NCBI GenBank assembly: GCA_964200185.2
Contig: CAXNAD020000033.1
Location: 1-40,041 of the forward strand
DNA length: 40,041 nucleotides
Direction of reading: 5' to 3'
Source of the DNA: Choristocarpus tenellus KU-1152
Lineage: Eukaryota; Protista; Phaeophyceae
Each line of letters starts with the position of its first letter. The stretch's first letter is position 1. Below, piece by piece: positions 33,589 through 40,041 of the stretch. Both the position numbers and the translations under genes were made by a program. The notes under the pieces are model-generated. The model was not told the origin of the DNA, did no database searches, and saw only the letters and a list, made by a program, of their open reading frames with translations.

Positions 33589-36346
33589 ATATCACTCCAA
33601 GTAGACTATTGCTCGACGCAAATCAGTGGGTATTTGCGATCATGGTCGTACACCTCCCTTCTCCCTTCTAACAGTACCGGAACAGTGAAAAAAAACAATA
33701 TTGAGAGAATGATTGGACCAGAATATGATTTATTTTTATACTGTCTGGCAAGGTCCTGGCCTGTGATGCCTTCATTTCTAGTTTATATTTCCTGTTAGCT
33801 ACTTTAAACGCCAAAGTTGCGCACACACCCCACAGCTACATACACATGTTATACATTAGCTTGATATATATTTTTGCACAAGTAGACACAGACCCCCCCC
33901 TGGCTTCTACCCTAGCACAGGTCGTCCCTGCCCCCACCAGAGTCCCCCTGGGTACCCACGCACAGCATTGCACCCTGTTGCACCCCACGTTAAATGTCGG
34001 CAATAGGCCATTTTGGTGGTTAGAGTGAGACGTAGGACTACTTACCGAATTACTATTGCTCAAAAGCATTATTACGCTGTGTTTAAGTGCATGCGATTAT
34101 ATAGATATGTGGAATGGTGTCCATGAAGTATGTAAAAAGTATTGTAAGGTGAGGTACAGGGGTCAAGCATGTGTCAAGAGGATGTTTCTTCCAAGAGATA
34201 CCCACCAGGAGAAAAGAAAGAGTGTCTTCGCCACATGTTAATTTTAGTCGCAAATGTGAATACAGCAACGCGAATGGAGCATAAACCACCATCCCAACTC
34301 AGTCCCTCTGGTTCATTCGAGTGTGGATCCCGCCGCTGCCACAGCAAATATTCTGCACAAGTCAGAAGGTCAGATGGAGGAAAGTCCATACCCCCAACCT
34401 CTACTCACGATCCTTTGAGTGGCAGGAAGTATAGGTTGCGAAAGTAGTTTCCACTGGGACGACTACCTACAGGCACAATCCTGGTGAGTCAAGAAGGACC
34501 TAGTTGCACTGAGAAGAAAGAGTTCGAACAGGGGGGCAAACAGTGCAAGGCAGTCAAGAAGCACCTGGCAACGAGGGCATTGAATTCAAGCCATGCAAAT
34601 ATTCCTATGGGGTATTCTTCTCACAAGCTGTGTGTGACGCGAGGTGTGCAAGAAGAGGCAAATACCTTAAAAAGATACATGGAGGTACCATTCTGGAAAG
34701 GTTAATTACCATGTAGAAAGAGCTTTAAACTGGACTGGGTACCTGTGATGGATTGGGCCTTCTCAGGAAAAAACAACAACTGACAGGGCCAGTCCAAGGG
34801 CCTTCGGGATCTTAAATAGGATCAGTTGTCGAGCTGGACTTGTTATGTTTCATAGGGTCGTGTTAGGGCTTTCAGAGATTTAGCTGGACCATGAAATACA
34901 TACTTCGAAGTAATTCACAGGGCTGGGGTTCGTCTCAGGTTGGACCAGGCCGGTAGCTTCTTGCAAGCATTTAATTGAGTTGTGGTTTAGTGTGAGGCAT
35001 AGTATGACGAGGTAGAACCGTTGAAGGTATGTATCTATTTACTCACACCACTAGCAGTATACCCAGTATGTCATAATTTCATACCACTCTGATCACTAAC
35101 AATTTTTTAGAAAATGGAAATCAGGAATTTTCAAGATTAGTGTACGGCCGACACAGAAAACATCCTCAACAATACACACTGATTTGGTCGTGAATTGTGG
35201 ACTGTTACACAAATTCCAAACACTTAAGAAGATAGAAGTATTGTGCTTAATGTGCTGTCCAAGATACAACCGTTGATGTTTATTTGAGATACCTATATTT
35301 GAAACTTCAAAGTATAGATATTACACACTATATCGTCAATTGTAGGGTCACATCAAAGCGCCAATGCAAATGGAACAAAAGCAGCGTTGTGAACCACGGC
35401 AGAACAGTTCAATCGGCTTCAGTTCGATGAGTTGGAATAACCGAACAACTAAACTGAAAAGGTTTGCTTATTTTGTTTTATTCTCTAAAACACAATGTGA
35501 GCAGAAATATTCAACCGTACATAGATACGGTTGAAAGTCCGAGGCGTCACAGGACCACACAACCTAGAGCATTTGTTACAAGGTATGTCACTACCCACAA
35601 CTCACTTCATACCCATGGCTTTGGATCTGCCTGGGACCTGTGGAGACTCTATGTTTTTTTTGCTTGTGGCGCCACACGTCACTTGGCGACCTATGCATGT
35701 TTTGTGTGCATTGTCTCGTGCACCAAGAGCTCAATCCGATCAACAGTTCACAGCATGGAAAAAGGGTGGGTAAAACGTGTTGCCAAAGTCTATCGAGGCT
35801 GGGTTGCCCCGATTAACCACTGTTTTGGTGTAAAGTCCTCATTATTTGAGGTCGATTCAGCAAGCAACTACAGTAGATTCAGGGGGAAGCAGTTAGCTCT
35901 AGATTGTTAGCAATCCAGACCCAAGAAGATATCTTGAGCTCTTTTTAGTTCACAGTTCCACTGTAACTACTATTGTGTAACACAAAAAAGGAAGAATGTG
36001 TTGACTGGTTATATTCTGCAACATCTATGTCCATAGAAGTGAAAGGATTACTGAAAGTTATCTTGTTTTTCCCTTTCCTCTTTGTAGTGACTGCTGCAAT
36101 ATACCCTGGAGTAGTTAATCACATTCCAGATCCCGGTTATGGGGAGGGAAAATAAATTCCAGCCAACCAGAACGACAAGTACAGTACTGTTATGTGGTGA
36201 GTGAATCCAAGCACTTCATGGACACCTGGTATGCCAGGATTAGCTATGTTAAAGAAATTGAGGACACTAAGCATACACGCTACTGCTTACTGGGTATTAC
36301 TATTGATTAGGATTTTCGTTGTGTTATGTGATGCGTACCATATATA

Positions 36347-36380
36347 TATGTTTATGTTTATGTTTATGTTTACGTTTATG
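36347..36380. repeat. (TTTATG)n hexamer repeat inside an imperfect inverted repeat (36205-36226 / 36416-36437)
   Basis: Direct reading. atccaagcacttcatggacacc compared with the reverse complement atccaagactcatgaagttacc. Confidence 0.7.
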
Positions 36381-38269
36381 CCTGATTGGTGTGATGCGTA
36401 GCATCCGGGTGAAGAGGTAACTTCATGAGTCTTGGATCTTGGTGATGGTCGTGATGATTGTTCTCTAGGTGCTTGTGACTGGACGTATCTCTTTATTCCA
36501 TTTGTTTTGAAGTTGATTTATTGCATTTCTTCGTCCACTTAATTACATTCCCCCCCCCCCCTACACTTGCATTTGACTACGATTATGAAACCCGTCAGAC
36601 TAATACAAAGGTGCTAAAAAAAACATAATTACTTTGGCTGCACGAAGTCATTATACAAATATTTGGTTGCTGACAAACTTATTCCCCACTAAACGTAAAC
36701 CTGTGAGCATACTCCTTCTAATATGAGATGGAAACTTTTTGACAACTCAATCATGTGGCATACGCAAACCGTGATCTCATGTCATATTGTCACAGTCTAT
36801 CTTAGGGAAGAAAGTGAAGCAAAGAGGAGACCAACTCCCAAAATACTTGCACTAATCAAGGCTATCACTAGCCCGTGGACAATTCCTTCAATTGTAAATA
36901 ATTATGTTCTAGGGCCCAAAATATTAGTAGTGATTGATTAGTAGTCAGCATGAAAAACATATATCCTAAGTCATAAACCCAGCCCAATCATAACTCTTCC
37001 AAGAGGAGTGATTGATTCCCAGCCGAGAGGAGCAATACACCTACCAGAATATACTAGTGCATTTTACTGACAGGGCAATGCCTGGGATTATTTATCTCTT
37101 TCATTCATGGCAGCTACAATCAAGTGCAGTTGATAACGAAGTCTTGCTGTTTTTCATGTCTAGACATCTATTGTCCTGTGCCTGTGTTTCTTGATGATTC
37201 TAGTTATATATTCATACTGGACTACACCACACTTTTGTTCAGCTTCCTCTCTGTCAAGGGTAGACTCATGCTAAAACTCTTTGAGTTATCCTTACCTGAT
37301 CCACATCTGGGATGCATTATGTTAATGAATGGTAACATACAACATGGTCAAAGGAGGTGTTCTGTTTCTATTTGCGTGAATACATTGCGCACATGAAGTC
37401 AAATCCTATCCTTGGACTGGGCTTTTATAATTTATTGACTCAGGATTGCCACATTATCTGGATTGTACTTAATCCAATAAGAGCTTATCGTAAGGACACT
37501 TTGCTGCAGACTCAATACATGGTAATGGGCTTATCTGTGGTTCTAACCTTGAGACAGAGGACTTGAAGATTCTAAAACATGCCAGTACAAGCAGCCCTAT
37601 CTACATGTTTACATTGATCAATGATCTCAAGGCATCAGCATGCTTGGCAAATCACCCCTCTCACATCAACCTTGAGGTATTTCAGCAAGCTTCAGCTAAA
37701 TGAAGAAAGTGACGGCCCTTATTTCTGAGTCCTGTCACTCTGGTATAGATTTTGCAATTTCCACACCTGGATGTGTTGTTCAAGGGGCATGACTTTGCAG
37801 CTTTGATCACCAAGCTCAGCCTTCTTGCTGACTCCAATAACTCTTACAAGTCACAAGTTCATCCCCTTGTAGATTTGACAGTGTAAATGAATCAAATTAC
37901 GTGATGAACACCTCATTTTGTTTGAGTTTTGTTAAACCCTTCAAATGAGGATTTTTAACTCTAAAGCCATGTCTTACATAGTTGTGTCTAAATCTGTATA
38001 ATTTGTATCACACATAGTGCCATCTCATCTGAGGCGAGCTATACTCAACCAGTGAAGACCATGTCAAACAGATGTGGGCACAACCTCACTGGAAGATGTT
38101 AATGTTCAAAATTCATCTTACAGATATGCAGAATGCTTCCTCTCCACCCCTACCCCCTCATCAGACAATCTTGTCATTGGTAGTTCAGCTTTGAGGTACA
38201 CGTGAATGTTAGTGAAATGTACATGGAATTCTAATGTCCTTACCAAGATCAAAAACCAGGACCAAGAGG

Positions 38270-39418
38270 TCAATCTCTTTGACCCATTAGAGATTGAGAA
38301 ACTTGATCCGGAGGCTGAGGTGGCATTGAACTTGCCGGGGGTGGGGGCAACTTTTCACAGCAGCTTGATGATGTGCACAAAGAGTTCCCAGCTTCTGGTT
38401 GGAAGGTGGATGGGGAGGAGCTTTGGCTTGATAATTGAAGAGGCGTGGAAAAGAATTCATGTGATATTTTTGATGCATCAGCATTTGCTGACGTCTCCTC
38501 GTTCTGGAAGAAACATTCCTGCTCCTCAGTTGTGCTGTATTTTCTGCCAAGTTGGCCTTCTCCATGTCTCTGCAAGTGGGACAATAAGAAGATCGGCTAT
38601 GGTGAAGTGTTTTGAATGTAACTTGCTATCTTGTTCTATTTTCACGAAGTCTGTATAAGTCTGCATATAGACAAGGTTAAGGGAGCAGCGGGCAAAGCAG
38701 TAAGTCACTCCATTTACTGCTTAAAAATTCAACCTGAACACACCTTTTCAGAGTCCAACCCATCTCTTTGACATCTTAGCTCGAGACCTTGGCGCATCAT
38801 CTGCAAGTAGAAAGAAGGAAGTTACTTAGCAGTAGCACTCTACTGTAGTAGAGCAATGCGTACATCACTAGAAAAACTATAACATATGATACTTCACTTT
38901 GTAACACATACAGAATTTCCAGTTGAGAGATGTGTAGGTGTTGCTTGCCTGTTCAAAGGCCACATGCTGACGCTCCTCTGCAAGTCTCTTAGCCTCTCTG
39001 ATACACTTCATTTCTTCTCTCTCTGCCTCTAGGGCTTTATCAAGTCCACCCTCAGCGAGCCCCTTTGCCCAGGCCATACATCTTCTACGCTCACTCTCAA
39101 ACACAGGCCTGTATAACATCATTTTGGGGCCCACATATAATACATGGATTGGTCAGGATAGCAGGCACAATTGAAACTGTATGTACTATTCACATTGCAG
39201 ACAATATGGGCGAGGACAAAGATCGATACCCAAACGTTTTCTGACCTGTCATCGAGGTATTTTAGATGAAGACAGCGGCTCACAAGAGTTTTGCGATAGT
39301 GCTGGATTTTCTTGACCACAGGATTGCCTTGAAGGTACAGCACTCGTAGATCTGGAATAGCTGCAACAACTTCCAAAACTTCGGGATCATCGATTCGGTT
39401 GTGCTGAATATCAAGAGT
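38270..39418 (-). CDS. DNAAF1: dynein axonemal assembly factor 1 (LRRC50/ODA7), 3' exons; 5' part lies beyond the window
   Basis: Exons 39418-39246, 39108-38949, 38800-38744 and about 38569-38270 encode TLDIQHNRIDDPEVLEV…LRVLYLQGNPVVKKIQHYRKTLV…LKYLDDRPVFESERRRCMAW..GG…EREE, the LRR-cap region typical of ODA7/DNAAF1. The last, low-complexity exon is less certain. Confidence 0.85.
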
Positions 39419-39858
39419 CTAGAGAAATGGGAAATCGGTGGCTCTTGGGTCAAGGCTCTTGTACCATTTGGACCATTTTGATCCTGTTGGTACCACTTGG
39501 AAAGCGAATCGACATATAATGAGATAACCCCAAAGTTTTGGCATCTTTTCCAGATAAAAAACAAACTGTGCAATAGGATTAAGACCCATTCCTATTGACT
39601 CTAAATTATATACTGTGGCCATCATCATCACGATCACATCTCACATGCTTCCAAACAAATCAAAAACACCAAAAAGAAGGTTGAAGTAAAAAAGGAGAGA
39701 AACTACTTGCCAACATTCTGACATGGACTCCTATGACAATATTTTCTTCTAATCTAAACATCTCGTTAACACAACATGAGAAAGAGAAAGCTGGAAATCA
39801 GAAAACAAAAATGAGTAACCTACAGCATTCCTATTTTTCAATTTTCTCAGGCCATTGT

Positions 39859-40041
39859 GGCTCAAAGTGTCTGGGGGGGGGGGTGGCGGCTGTCCTTTTG
39901 GGACCAATTTTCTCCATGTCGTGATTTTTGAGCGATTTGGTTGCATACATCAGATGGATAATGTAAGTGCACTTTTCCTGGTTATGGTCCAAATGGACAC
40001 CATGGTGTAGACTCCGTCCCCCCCCCCCCCCCTCACAGACG
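39859..40041 (+). mobile_element. MITE family A, copy 3 (cut by the window end)
   Basis: ggctcaaagtgtctgggggg…ggcggctgtcc…gatggataat…cacttttcctg…ggacacc.tggtgtagac…cccc aligns with the other two copies. Confidence 0.85.

Larger units (their letters stand above)
31734..34547. repeat. ~2.8-kb diverged inverted duplication (foldback), arms ~1 kb each after removing nested MITEs
   Basis: Colinear inverted matches: 31734-31790 with 34495-34547, 31830-31867 with 34414-34453, 32080-32180 with 34130-34240, 32266-32275 with 34035-34044, 32600-32975 with 33595-33985, and 33156-33166 with 33286-33298. Confidence 0.85.

Noticed and set aside
37670-38245. Extra DNAAF1 exons downstream of 38270
   Set aside because: Splice-like sites exist but lie after an in-frame TGA and do not form a consistent frame; at most a spliced 3' UTR.
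10334-39418. Genome-wide TGA reassignment
   Set aside because: None of the four intact genes needs an in-frame TGA, conserved Trp residues use TGG, and the aminopeptidase ends on TGA at the expected length.

Overview
Eukaryotic, intron-rich window of roughly 40% GC, most likely from a photosynthetic, flagellated stramenopile such as a brown-alga relative. That assignment is an inference from a PDI-C gene, an ASAFAP-like plastid presequence, DNAAF1 and TTAGGG motifs. I assembled four spliced genes by hand: a two-finger C2H2 zinc-finger gene (minus, 8920-10090); a 15-exon Xaa-Pro aminopeptidase P head-to-head with it (plus, 10334-24415); a 12-exon ERGIC-thioredoxin-Erv PDI-C gene tail-to-tail with the peptidase (minus, 24464-31170); and the 3' part of DNAAF1/ODA7 (minus, 38270-39418). 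Introns and intergenic DNA hold decayed transposons: a full-length plant-type mariner with TIRs and TA TSD, hAT, Ty3 and LINE relics, and two related MITE families with 4-bp TSDs. The least expected structures are (1) a cryptic chain of about 16 micro-exons on the minus strand (2281-7772) that splices into about 306 codons broken only by four TGA codons, (2) a ~2.8-kb diverged foldback palindrome with nested MITEs (31734-34547), and (3) CpG-island-like gene 5' ends in otherwise CpG-depleted DNA. All gene models are manual and unverified by transcripts.
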